Made by a program: the position numbers and the translations under genes | The notes under the pieces: generated by a model | What the model was told of the DNA's origin: nothing | Seen by the model: the letters and a program-made list of their open reading frames with translations, nothing else | Databases searched by the model: none | DNA from: Mobula birostris | Lineage: Eukaryota | Assembly (NCBI RefSeq): GCF_030028105.1 | Contig: NC_092375.1 | Location: forward strand, 146,009,415-146,073,414 | Direction of reading: 5' to 3' | Length of the DNA: 64,000 nucleotides | In this document: one piece after another, positions 11,993 to 24,521 of the stretch | Position numbering within the stretch: position 1 is the stretch's first letter | Layout of the letters: every line of letters starts with the position of its first letter

Positions 11993-13310
11993 TTACTTAA
12001 TCGGTATACAGGTAGCCACTCCAAACGCACAGAAATTATAGAAATCAAAATGTGTAAAACACCAGAAATATGCTGAATTAAAAGAGGAAGTTGAAAGACT
12101 TTGGAACATGAACAGGGTATACATTGTCCAGATGGTATCATTCAAAAGGCATGACACAATAGAATTAAACAATCTGGGCTACACAGCAATATCTATATAA
12201 ATCTTCAGAAAGCCATAACTTTAAACACCACTAGAAAATCTGAAAGTACCTAGTATTCGAGAAATGAGTGTACTTGGCTATGCCTGTACCTCAGCTTTTA
12301 CCAGCTTGAGCTGAGAAAAAAACTAATAGAGGTTAACACATTCACAATGCATAAATATTATCGAGCAATGGAACTTGATTCTGTCAGGACAGCATACAAG
12401 GACAAACTTCATCAACAGTTTATAACACAATATCCTGTCATGCAAGTAAATGCACAATGAATAGAAAATCAAATTGGAGTGAGAGTAAAAGATAACTTAA
12501 TTCCTATAGACATGTTAAACCAAATAAAACATGAAGTTGCACAAGAGCTTCAAAGAAGCCAACCTAAAACTATAACAATGCTATGCAAGAGAATAATGAA
12601 GATGCAATCCACCAAAGTGCTGATGGAAATAGAATTATTTCAGCTGCTTCACAATCCAACGTTAACAGCAGCAACACATATGTAGAGCCTTCGCAAAATG
12701 CCGATGATAAAGCTGAGCTTACAGACAAAATTATCCAAATATTTAACACCACACTGACAGAATATATGGGTATTGATCCAACAAAGGGACCCCACATGTC
12801 AAAGTAAAATACATCATCAAAATTTGCAAAAATTGTTAATACTCTCAACAATATTATAATACCACAATATTTTGGAAAACTTGCCACAATTGAAGAACTA
12901 CACATAATATACTGTGTAGCATTATCAGCAGTACAGTGCAATGGCTACAAAACAGAGGGACTCATTAATAGAGACCCAAAATTGAGCAATGAAATCAAAA
13001 TACCATAATGGCAGAAGTGATTTTAAAAAATGAAAACCTAAGAGCAGAAATAGCCCACCTAATAGATATAAAATGGATAATCTGAGCAAGAATGATAAGG
13101 GAAAAGCCAAGGAAATACAAAAGGAAATGTAAAGTCCATACAAGAAATGATCAGCCTAACAAAAGCAATGTAGAATTTATAGAAACCAGTACACTAAAAC
13201 AAAAGCTTGTGCACACAAAGCCAGACTAAATAGGTATATGAAATGTGCGAGAGGAAGCAAACAGAATTATCAGTTAAGAAACAATGAGAAAGATTTAAAC
13301 AGGCCATTGA

Positions 13311-13337
13311 AACACACACACACACACACACACACAC
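13311..13337. repeat. (CA)n microsatellite
   Basis: About 13 AC units. Confidence 0.95.
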
Positions 13338-13607
13338 GAAGGAATGAAAATACCCGAAGTCACAATAGATATGCTGAAAGAGGTTATAAAAAATACCCAC
13401 TAGAAAAGTATTAGCAGTGAGAAAAATGTACTTGCCTTCATTTGTACCAATTAATACATATTAACAATTTTCTGAAAAATCCTGAAAAAGTGCCTGAATT
13501 TTTGACAGAAGTTAAAATATATTTTTTACCTAAAAGGAGAATCACAAATGACCCATCAAAATATCATCCTTGTTTACAAAAAATATATAATTGAGACATT
13601 ATGCACG

Positions 13608-14650
13608 TAAGACCATAAGACCCTAGACAAAGGATCAGAAGTAGACCATTCAGCCCATTAGGTCTGCTCCACCATTCCATCATGGCTGATCCAGGATCCC
13701 ACTCAACTCATATACCTGCTCTCTTGCCATATCCTTTGATGACCTGACCGATCAGGAAACTATCAACTTCCACCTGAAATATACTCACTTACTTGGCCTC
13801 TATTGCAGTCTGTGGCAGAGTATTCCACAGATTCAATACTCTCTGGTTAAAGAAATTCTTTCTTACCTCTGTTCTAAAAGGTCGCCCCTTCATTCCCGAA
13901 TCATCCTCGTGAACCTCCTCTGGACTCTCTCCAATGACAACACATCCTTACTGGGATATTGGCTCTAGGACTGTTGACAGTAATCCAAGTGCAGCATGAC
14001 TAGTGTCTTCTCAAGCCTCAGCATTATCTCCTCACTTTTATATTCTATTCCCCTTAAAATAAATGCCAACATTGCATTTGCCTTCTTTACCACAGACTCA
14101 ACCTGTAAATTAACCTTCTGGAAGACTTGAACAAGGATTCCTAAGCCCCTCTGCACCTCTGATATTTGAACCTTCTCCCCATTTAGGTAATAGTCTGCAC
14201 TATTGTCCCTTTTACTAAAATGCATTATCATACATTTCCCAACACTGTATTCCAACTGCCACTTTTTTGCCCATTTTTCCAATTTGTCAAAGTCTTGGTG
14301 CAATCACATTGCTTCTTCAGCACTACCTACCCCTCCACCTACCTTTGTATCATCTGCAAAGCCATCAATTCCATTATCCAAATCATTGACAAACAATGCA
14401 AAAAGCAGTAGTCCCAATACTGACCCATGAGGAACACCACTAGTCACTGGTAGCCAACCAGAAAAAGCCACCTTTATTCCCACTCGCTGCCTCCTGCCTG
14501 TCAGCCATTCCTCTATCCATGTCAGTATCTTCCCTGTAATGCCATAGGATTTTATCTTGTTAAGCAGCCTCATGTGTGGCAACTTATCAAATGCCTTCTG
14601 AGAATCCAAGTAAATAACATCCACTGCCTCTCCTTTGTCCACCCTGCTTG
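13608..14650 (-). mobile_element. CR1 LINE 3' fragment, internally deleted
   Basis: [36 protein letters not shown]; tail taagaccataagacc. Confidence 0.9.
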
Positions 14651-16046
14651 TTCTTTTGTTACTATAGCACAAAAGAAATTAAACTACGCATAAAAGGTTG
14701 TCACCCTGTTGACATATTAAGCACATTTCACTATTGTACACAAATATATATTTCCTTTTCCAATTTTTGATACAGATGTTGTTGTCAATGTGGTGTTTGG
14801 GATGATTTGTCTGCAGATTTTAGAACTGGCTAATTTATACTGTTTTTATTGAAGAAATTTTTCAATGTTCACACGTTGATGTCACTGGGCAAAGAATTGC
14901 ACAGCACAAGATTTTTGGGCACACTGGTCATTACAAGTTAGAGGGAACATTGCCTCAGCACTTTTTTATTTCTTTTCTGCACTACTTATATAAAATTAAC
15001 TATTTAATCGTATATACTTCATTTTTCCCTATATTTATTTATCATGTACTTCATTGTGCTGCTGCTTTAAAGCTAACAACTTTCACAACATATGCCAGTG
15101 ACATTGAACCTGATTCTGAATCTGATTCTTACTTTCATTTTGTAAGCGGTCATATCATTCACACCCTCACACAGCCTTGAGCATCCATCATTAATTCCAG
15201 TTTAGCCCATGAAATGCATTCCGGAGATCGTATTTGGACATCTTGTATCTTTGCTGGTCACCAGACCTGAATGCATCTCACCTGGCTCTAAGCAGATTAC
15301 GGATCTCATGGTTCATCTAGGGGTCCTGGTTGGGGAAGGTGCTGAATGATTTTGTGGGGACACACTCGTCTGCGACTGCTTTTATAATCCACCAGCTTAT
15401 CAGAAGCAATTACTAATTGATTGGCCTTTCTCACATCAGTAAAAAAAATTAACAGGAATGAGATAGCACAAGGAGGGTGAGGAAATCCAGAATGTAGAGA
15501 TAATTGAAATGCTGAGCGTATGTGTACAGTTCTTCAATGACAGGAGAGTGGAAGGCTTTGATTGTTCAACGTGTTCACCAAGAGAAATGGAGCAAACATC
15601 GTGAATGCCAGAAGTGGAAAAACTACAAGGGACCACTGCGGAAGGCAATATTAACTCTTACTTAGAGGATCAAGTGGGTTATGAAGGGAGAGACAGCAGA
15701 GATTATTGAAGGCAAATCATATGTGACTCATCTGGCTGAATTTGCTGATGAAAGAATAAAGGTGGCGGATCAGTGTTGTGTAGCAGAAGCTGTACAGATC
15801 GATTGTCAAAAGATGTTTGTCAGTTTAATAAGGTGTCTCCTTAATGTAGGCAGTTTGGGAAAGTGATTCAGAAGGTTACTTTGACATAGGTGAATGGACC
15901 TGGGTGATATGTAGCTGTGAATGTTCCTAAACTGTTTAGTTGAAACAACAATTAAAATGATAAGAAAGCACAACTGAAAGAATCCACAATGCAACAAATG
16001 TCTTTGTTGTTTTTTGACAATAAATGAAAAAAAGGATTTTGTCACA

Positions 16047-16127
16047 TTTTGCTGATGTTTAATGTTGTGTCATCAGAATAACAAGAAACTGCCTGGTGAG
16101 GCCTTTCTACCCTGTATATAAATACCA
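16047..16127 (+). promoter_or_regulatory. Proximal promoter of copy 2 (TGCTGA 16050, TATA 16117)
   Basis: Homologous to the copy 1 promoter with the same 67-nt spacing. Confidence 0.7.
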
Positions 16128-16181
16128 ACTCGTGTTAGACAGTGAAACATTCAGCTGGTTACCAGACTCACTGTGTTCAAT

Positions 16182-17814
16182 ATGGGAAAGGCAAGGGCTA
16201 CTCAGTAAATGAACTAAATGAGAATTCTTCATGAACACCTGATCAACTATTAACACAGATATGTTTCTTCCCACAGATCATCTTCTACGAGGACAGGAAC
16301 TTCCAGGGTCGGCACTATGAGTGCAGCTCCGACTGTGCCGACCTCTCCCCTTACTTCAGCCGCTGTAACTCCATCCGTGTCGAGAGTGACTGGTGGGTGT
16401 TGTACGAGAGACCCAACTACATGGGATACCAGTATGTCCTGAGCAGGGGAGAGTATCCTGACTACCAGCGCTGGATGGGATTTAATGACTGTATCAAGTC
16501 CTGTCGCAGTTACCCACCTGTAAGTTGCTGTTGGTAACTGAATTTTATCCTTCGGAGTTTGGCTTTGCTGATGGAGAATTTGCCTCGGAAGTGCCTGCTG
16601 GGTATCAAATATGCCTGAGTGTATTATTATGAAGGGTATTTTGAGGCAAAGGAGGTGGTAGTGTTAGGTCTTGTAAAGAGAATTAAGTTGGATAAGTCAC
16701 CAGGGCCTGATGGGATATTCCCCAGGTTACTGAGAGGGGAAGGAGATTGCTGGGACCTTGACCAACATCTTTGGATCTTCTTTAGCTATCTGGAGTTTAG
16801 CAAGAGTTTTGTTCACATCATTATAGGAAGGACGTCAAGGCCTTGTAGGGGGTGCAGAGGAGACTTGGCGGGATGCTGACAGAATTAGGAGGCACGTGCT
16901 ATATTGTGTTCTTTTCTCTGGAGTGGCAAAGGCTGAGGGGGAGATCTGAGGGAGGTTTTTAAGATTTATAAGATTATGAGATTATGATAGAGTAGACAGA
17001 CAGTATCTTTTTCCCCACAGTTAAAAGCTATAAAACCAGAGGACATACACTTAAGGTGAGAGGCTGCCTGCTGTGTTATTAGAGACAGACAGTTGGGTAC
17101 TTCTGCAAAATGTTTTGTTAGGCACATGAATATGAGGAAAGTGGAAGGAAATGGACATTATTTAAGCAGAAGGGATAGTTTAGTTTGCCATTTAATTTAA
17201 ATGATCACATAAATTTAAATTTACAAATTTAATTGGTTCAGCAGAATATTGTGGGCCAAAAGGCCTGTTCCTGTGCTCTACTGTCATATAATCTATGTTC
17301 TAAATGTAGAACTTCTCATATTTTCTCCTACATTTTCCTTTAGCTTCCATTTGAACCAGTAGTAATGCCGGTTGGAGACATTGTTGAGGCAAATGGTTAG
17401 AGAAATGATCAAATTGCATCTGACTTTATTTCCTGTTGAAGTCAATGGCCAGACTATGAATTAGTGTTCAGATGTAGTGTACAATGAGTGAATGACCTAC
17501 GAAATATCATGACTAAAACTGTGTTTTTCCTATTCCAGTACCGAGGTGGAACCTACAGGATGAGGATTTACGAAAGGCCTGACTTTGCCGGGCAGATGAT
17601 GGAATTCATGAATGATTGTCCCTCTGTCTACGATCATTTCTGTTGCCATGACATCCACTCCTGTCAGGTGATGGATGGTTACTGGATTTTCTATGAGCAG
17701 CCCAACTACAGAGGCCGACAGTACTTCCTGATACCTGGGGAATACAGGAGATACAGTGACTGGGGCGGCTACAACTCAATGATCGGGTCCTTCAGGCGTA
17801 TGAGGGACATCTAA
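16182..17814 (+). CDS. Gamma-crystallin (gamma-S1-like), copy 2; exons 16182-16190, 16277-16519, 17539-17814; 175 aa
   Basis: Same exon sizes, open frame, AAG|GC and cag|ATC junctions, CCT|gtaagt donor, ttccag|TAC acceptor. TATA at 16117, AATAAA at 17865-17870. Exon 3 has several private substitutions (DHFCCH, FLIP). Confidence 0.93.
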
Positions 17815-20016
17815 AAGTGGCTCTTGAAAATCTGATTTTATTTTGTTGAAATATTTACCAAGACAATAAAATACATTTGATGACACTATTTGCTCATTCG
17901 ATTCATTTACCCTGATTCCACTGAAAATTCACAGTCAAACAGTAATCATCATCTGAGTACCACATTAAATTGTTTTACCACAGTTGGTTCCAATATACAG
18001 GTAACATTATGATGATTCATAGGAGGCTGAAAAATATAAACTGAATTGAAAGTTATTCTTTGCCTCGTGTTTTTGTGCCTATTGAGAGGCATTATGCTCC
18101 ATTTCTGAATTTATTTCCAATGAATTTAATGAGTATAAATATCTATCTTTATGATTTCCATAATTCTGATGGTTCTTTGAAATGACTTTACAAAATAAAT
18201 GATTTTACAATGACGAAGCTACGTAAATGGAGACATGGAATTAAACAGCACAGAAAACGATGCTTTTACAAAACATGATGAATTCAAGTTGAGACCAGCA
18301 TGAACAACAAGGTGAAATGGACAGAAATCTGCTGGCTAGTTTAAACATATTTATGATTCTGTGTGGGACCGGATTGTGAAGGAGGGAAGTTGAGTGGAAA
18401 TTGATGTGGAATGATTTAAAGCTGCAGAAGCTTCTAAGGAAATTTAACAAAATCGGAAAGAATTATTTAAACCTTAGTAAACACAGATCCGAAATAATGT
18501 AATTAGACTGAAATATAAGTCTTTGAAAGGATGATGAATCTCTGCAATTGTCTATTCGGAGACTGTAGAGGCAGATCGAGGAAGTGGAAACAGTCTAGGG
18601 AAATGGCCCAGAAGAGGACAATGACAGGTTCTGATGGAACTTTTTAACCTCTTACCACTTAATACTATAACAGTATGACAGAGATCGGGAAAGTGTATAG
18701 TGGTTTAACATAGAAGCACAATCTGAGCTGAAATTGAATCTTAACAAATCCACATATTTTTGGTGGTTTTCAGTTCACCTGGAATTAAATCAAAGCAGAG
18801 TGCTGAGAAGGTTTTAATTCTGAAAGTGGGCACCACAGATATTAGAACAGGGCTTTTTGCTGTAGTAAAGAGCAGCAATACCTTACTTCGGAAAGCTTGC
18901 CTCATGTCTTGTTGAGGGACAAAAGAACTTTTCCAGATTTAAGTCACATTTCTGTGTTTTTTTGGAGTCGAGTGAAGGATGACCTTATTGACTGAAATCA
19001 CAGCCTAAACCACACAAAGGGGTTGATGTTGAGATCTTTCCACCACTGGGGTCTTGGACAGTTGTCACAGCTGTCAGATAATGGGTCAAATATTTAAAGT
19101 TGTGTTGTTGAGAAATATCTTCTCACTGAAATTGGCAAACCAACAACCCAGTAATGGAGGAGTTAAATAGCTGTAGTGTATGTATCAACTGAATGAACTG
19201 CCTGAAATAAACATCTCAGATGTAACTTCCTTAAACATAAGAACTTCCCCAGAGTGAAAGAAACTGATGTGTGACATTATCGAGGTTCTTAAAAAATGAA
19301 TTGTGTATAAGGTTGAGGGTCACAGTATTTTTATGAGAGTAGAGGTTTAACATGAGACAGCTTAGATTTGGATGAGAGAGGAAAGAGAGGAACTGAGGAG
19401 CAGAAAATAGTGTATCAAACTGGAAACAACCAAACAAATGATTCATTGACACATCTTCGATACATGGACGATTTGAAATTATATGCTCCTTCCTTCATCA
19501 GGAAAGCTAAAACAATTAACTTAAAGAGTGGAACTATTTTCAAAGGATATAAACATGAACTTTGGACTAGATAACCGAAAAATGTTAAATATAAAGAAAA
19601 GTGCAATAGAGCGAGTAGAATATAAAGCAGAGCAGCACAATACAGTTGATGGATGAGTCGGAAATGTAATTAAGTATCAAAATACATAATAAAAGACCAA
19701 AAATTAAAAATGATTGAAGAAAATGTCAAGAGGAACCAGAACAATTCAGCACATTACGGTATCCTGTAGCAGTTTAACACAAACTGATTACTTGCACGGT
19801 CACAATCAAGTAAAAAAGTACCACTCACCAAAACCTTGCTTTAAAATGCAACCTCAGAAAAGATACCATACTTTATGATAAATAAAACCCAACCCACTAT
19901 CACAGTCAGTCCTAGAAATTATATTACAACCAATCTATTATTACCTTAAGACAACCTATAATAACTATCCGGATAAAATATTACAGGCTAAACAAGAAAA
20001 AACAACTTATTTAATA

Positions 20017-20806
20017 TGTAATGCCCTGTTTAAAATTTCTACTGCTAATGCCTTGGGGTTTTTCATTTAGGAGCTTTCTGTAAAAACAGCGTGTTCTGCT
20101 GGTAGAATGTTTTGGTTTCAGCTAAAAGATAAGGGAGTATGATGTTCAGTTTCTGAATGTTTTGTCAGCCAATCAGTATGGTGGAATTGGGAGAAGGTTC
20201 TAGAGTGAGCTGGGCGTAGAGATATTTGTGATGGACACTGGTGGGGTTTGTGATCTTATTGGTGGCAGCTGAAGAGAAGAGAATATTGGGAGGGATGGCC
20301 GTGGAATTCGATCCGACGGGAAGACGCGATTGCAAGGAGTGCTTCGTGAGAAGATGGAGTTCAAGATGCGAAGCTCTGCTAGTGATTGGTGATAGGAATT
20401 CAGCATCATGAGTAATGGTCATTTCCAGCTTTAGGATAATACCAACTCCAACGCCATATGGATATTCAAACTGGTATAACTGTAATAGGCCCTTTCTGTC
20501 TTTACTTTCTTTTGTTCCTCTTAATAACTGTTTGATAAAGCTGAAATTAGTAAATACACTTTCATTATAATTGTATGTGGGATATGACCTGTTATTTCTT
20601 GATGAATGATAATTGTGTATTGTCTGTATTTACATGGCATTCACTCAACTTGGTGTTCCATTAATCAGAACATCCCAACTTTCCTTTTTGTTGAACCCCA
20701 TATCACACCAAACCAAGCTGTATATTGTTTATAAAACATAGCCTTCTCACTACTCAGTCAGGTAGCTGTTAGCAGAGTGGGCTAATGGGTCAAGATTGCA
20801 GTGACA
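20017..20806. mobile_element. Solo LTR, 790 bp
   Basis: Begins TGTAA, ends TGACA, 4-bp TSD AATA (20013-20016 and 20807-20810), no coding motifs. Confidence 0.75.
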
Positions 20807-20940
20807 AATAGATAGAACCATTCAAAACAGATATAAAATACAGAAATCAGCAATTAAAAAGAAACACCAGAAATATGCGGAATTAAAAGAGGAATTTGAA
20901 AGACTATAAAAAACATGAACAGGTTATACATTGTCTCAAT

Positions 20941-23212
20941 CAGTGATCATAACACCATTAGTTTCAACTTGATATTGGACAAGGATAGATCTGGTCCTAA
21001 GGTTGACGTTCTTAACTGGAAGAAGGCAAAATTTGAAGAAATGAGAAAGGATCTAAAAAGCGTGGATTGGGACAGCTTGTTCTCTGGCAAGGATGTGATC
21101 AGTAGGTGGAAAACCTTCAAAGGAGAAATTTTGAGAGTGCAGAATTTGTATGTTCCTGTCAGGATTAAAGGCAAAGTGAATAGGAATAAGGAACCTTGGT
21201 TCTCAAGGGATATTGCAACTCTGATAAAGAAGAAGAGGGAGTTGTATAACATGTATAGGAAGCAGGGAGTAAATAAGGTGCTTGAGGAGTATAAGAAGTG
21301 CAAGAAAATACTTAAGAAAGAAATCAAGAGGGCTAAAAGAAGACATGAGGTTGCCTTGGCAGTCAAAGTGAAGGATAATCCAAAGAGCTTTTACAGGTAT
21401 ATTAAGAGCAAAAGGATTGTAAGGGATAAAATTGGTCCTCTTGAAGATCAGAGTGGTCGGCTATGTGCGGAACCAAAGGAAATGGGGGAGATCTTAAATA
21501 GGTTTTTTGCGTCTGTATTTACTAAAGAAACTGGCATGAAGTCTATGGAATTAAGGGAAACAAGTAGTGAGATCATGGAAACTGTACAGATCGAAAAGGA
21601 GGAGGTCCTTGCTGTCTTGAGGAAAATTAAAGTGGATAAATCCCCGGGACCTGACAGGGTGTTCCCTCGGACCTTGAAGGAGACTAGTGTTGAAATTGCA
21701 GGGGCCCTGGCAGAAATACTTAAAATGTTGCTGTCTACAGGTGAGGTGCCGGAGGATTGGAGAGTGGCTCATGTTGTTCCGTTGTTTAAAAAAGGATCGA
21801 AAAGTAACCCGGGAAATTATAGGCCAGTAAGTTTATCATCGGTAGTAGGTAAGTTATTGGAGGGAGTACTAAGAGACAGAATCTACAAGCATTTGGATAG
21901 ACAGGGACTGATTAGGGAGAGTCAACATGGGTTTATGCGTGGTAGGTCATGTTTGACCAATCTATTGGAGTTTTTCGAGGAGGTTACCAGGAAAGTGGAT
22001 GAAGAAGAGAAGGCAGTGGATATTGTCTACATGGACTTCAGTAAGGCCTTTGACAAGGTCCCGCATGGGAGGTTAGTTAGGAAAATTCAGTCGCTAGGTA
22101 TACATGGAGAGGTGGTAAATTGGATTAGACATTGGCTCAATGGAAGAAGCCAAAGAGCGGTAGTAGAGAATTGCTTCTCCGAGTGGAGGCCTGTGACTAG
22201 TGGTGTGCCACAGGGATCAGTGCTGGGTCCATTGTTATTTGTCATCTATATCAATGATCTGGATGATAATGTGGTAAATTGGATCAGCAAATTTGCTGAT
22301 GATACAAAGATTGAAGGTGTAGTAGACAGTGAGGAAGGTTTTCAGAGCCTGCAGAGGGACTTGGACCAGCTGGAAAAATGGGCTGAAAAATGGCAGATGG
22401 AGTTTAATATTGACAAGTGTGAGGTATTGCATGTTGGAAGGACAAACCAAGGTAGAACATACAGGGTTAATGGTAAGGCACTGAGGAGTGCAGTGGAACA
22501 GAGGGATCTGGGAATACAGATACAAAATTCCCTAAAAGTGGCGTCACAGGTAGATAGGGTCGTAAAGAAAGCTCTTGGTACATTGGCCTTTATTAATCAA
22601 AGTATTGAGTATAAGAGCTGGAATGTTATGATGAGGTTGTATAAGGCATTGGTGAGGCCGAATCTGGAGTATTGTGTTCAGTTTTGGTCACCAAATTACA
22701 GGAAGGATATAAATAAGGTTGAAAGAGTGCAGAGAAGGTTTAGAAGGATGTTGCCGGGACTTGAGAAACTCAGTTACAGAGAAAGGTTGAATAGGTTAGG
22801 ACTTTATTCCCTGGAGTGTAGAAGAATGAGGGGAGATTTGATAGAGGTATATAAAATTATGATGGGTATAGATAGAGTGAATGCAAGCAGGCTTTTTCCA
22901 CTGAGGCAAGGGGAGAAAAAAACCAGAGGACATGGGTTAAGGGTAAGGGGGGAAAAGTTTAAAGGGAACATTAGTGGGGGCTTCTTCACACAGAGAGTGG
23001 TGGGAGTATGGAATGAGTTGCCAGACGAGGTGGTAAATGCGAGTTCTTTTTTAACATTTAAGAATAAATTGGACAGATACATGGATGGGAGGTGTATGGA
23101 GGGATATGGTCCGTGTGCAGGTCAGTGGGACTAGGCAGCAAATGGTTCAGCACAGCCAAGAAGGGCCAAAAGGCCTGTTTCTGTGCTGTAGTTTCTATGG
23201 TTCTATGGTTCT
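20941..23212 (+). mobile_element. Young 5'-truncated CR1 LINE with uninterrupted ORF2 (RT domain; ORF 20915-23134)
   Basis: Starts at the SDH end of the APE domain; KSPGPD, NYRPVSL, QHGF, DFSKAFDKVPH, GVPQGSVLGP, FADDTK; (TTCTATGG)n tail. Confidence 0.95.
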
Positions 23213-23439
23213 AATAGTAATCTCTACAACTGGTATTATCCCAACCCAAAATCAGTACACAATAGCATTAAACAATTAGGCCTACCCAGCAATATTTATG
23301 TAAATCTTCAGAAAGCCGAAATGCGAAACACTACTTGAATAGTTCCTTGCAATTGAGAAATGAATCTGATTGGCTATGCCCATCCCTCAGCTTTTACCAT
23401 CTAAAGCTGAGATAAAAACATACCAATAATAATAATAAA

Positions 23440-24510
23440 TAAATAAGCAATAAATATTGAGAACATGAGCTGAAGAGTCGTTGAAGTGAGTGTAAAGTTC
23501 ATAAGAAGAGTTCAGTCTTGGGACAAGTGAAGTTGAGTGAAGTGATTCCATCTGGTTCAAGAGCTTGATGGTGGAGGAGTAATACTGTTCCCAAACCTGG
23601 TGCTGTGAGTCCTGAGGCTCCTGTACCTACTTGCAGAGAGTAGCAGTGAGAAGAGAGTGTGACCTAAGTCATGGGTTTCCTAATGACAGATGCTGCTTTT
23701 CTGCGATAACGCTCCATGTAGATATGCTGATTGGCAGAAAGGTCTTTACCCAGAACGGACTTGGCAATATCCATTATGTTTTGCAGTGCTTTCCATTCAA
23801 GGGCATTGGTGTTTCCATACCTGGCCATGATGCAGCCAGGTAATATAATCTCAATAACACATCTACATAAATTTGTCAATGTTTTAGACGGCAAGCTGAA
23901 TCTTCCTAATCCTCTAAGTAAGTAGAGACACTGCAGTGCTTTTTTCATAATTGCACAACAATGAGCAGCCACTTATGTTCTTTCAGCAACAAATTCAGCT
24001 GTGACTTACCTTCAATATTCTCAGCTGGGCAGAGTACTGGTCCTATGAAATTGTCACATGAAGGAACTTAAAGTTGCTGATTCTCTCCACCTCTTAATCC
24101 TCCAATGAGGACTGGCTTATGGCCCTCGGTTTCCTCCTCCTGAAATCAATAATCAGCTCCTTGGTCTTGCTGACAGGGAGTAAGAGGTTGCCCCTGTGAC
24201 ATCAGTCAGCCCATTTTAAATCTCATTTCTACATGCTGATTCCTCACAACCTGTTGTCACCTATGTCGCCTCATCTTACTTTGTAAGAAGTGGTAGCACT
24301 CAAGCTCTGCCACAGCCTGATGATCATTCTTCAGTGATTCAAGTCTACCCCTGAAACGTCACTTCACTCACGAAATGCATTGCAGAGATCATACCCGGAC
24401 CTCTGGTAACTCTCTTAGCCACCAGACTGGAATGCCTCTGATCTGGGCATCAGCAGATGGTGGATTTCTTGATTCATCCAGGCTCCTGTTTGGGAAAGAC
24501 ATTGGGGATA
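23440..24510 (-). mobile_element. Rex1/Babar remnant upstream of copy 3
   Basis: KKALQCLYLLR.L..F...TL...C.IE.IL.GCI..YG; homologous to 1425-4460. Confidence 0.75.
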
Positions 24511-24521
24511 TACTGGTAGAT

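Larger units (their letters stand above)
8860..13590 (+). mobile_element. Head-to-tail array of three R4/Dong-like fragments (8860-9770 3' end; 9775-12325 middle to 3' end; 12330-13590 5' part)
   Basis: YMDDLKLY, YKYLG, GGRG, LHG, CRKC...ET..HITGSC..L...YL.RHNQVA and KY.EL remnants. Repeated 3' end ccagcttgagctgagaaaaaaa followed by TAA repeats. Confidence 0.75.
19395..23435 (+). mobile_element. R4/Dong-like fragment split by a solo LTR (20017-20806) and a CR1 (20941-23212)
   Basis: THLRYMDDLKLY; the sequence resumes colinearly after each insertion and ends in aataataataat. Confidence 0.75.

Noticed and set aside
15681-15866. Small ORFs recurring upstream of each crystallin (also 38150-38353, 15436-15648, 25687-25869, 37935-38117)
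   Set aside because: Recurrence reflects segmental duplication; frames and stops differ between units, and one resembles a decayed CR1 RT fragment.
17488-17538. N-terminal extensions of exon-3 ORFs (also 39826-39876)
   Set aside because: Intronic read-through upstream of the ttccag acceptor.
20915-23134. 739-aa ORF as a host gene or domesticated RT
   Set aside because: The ATG and first residues come by chance from the flanking R4-like remnant; the rest is a 5'-truncated CR1 ORF2 with its tail.
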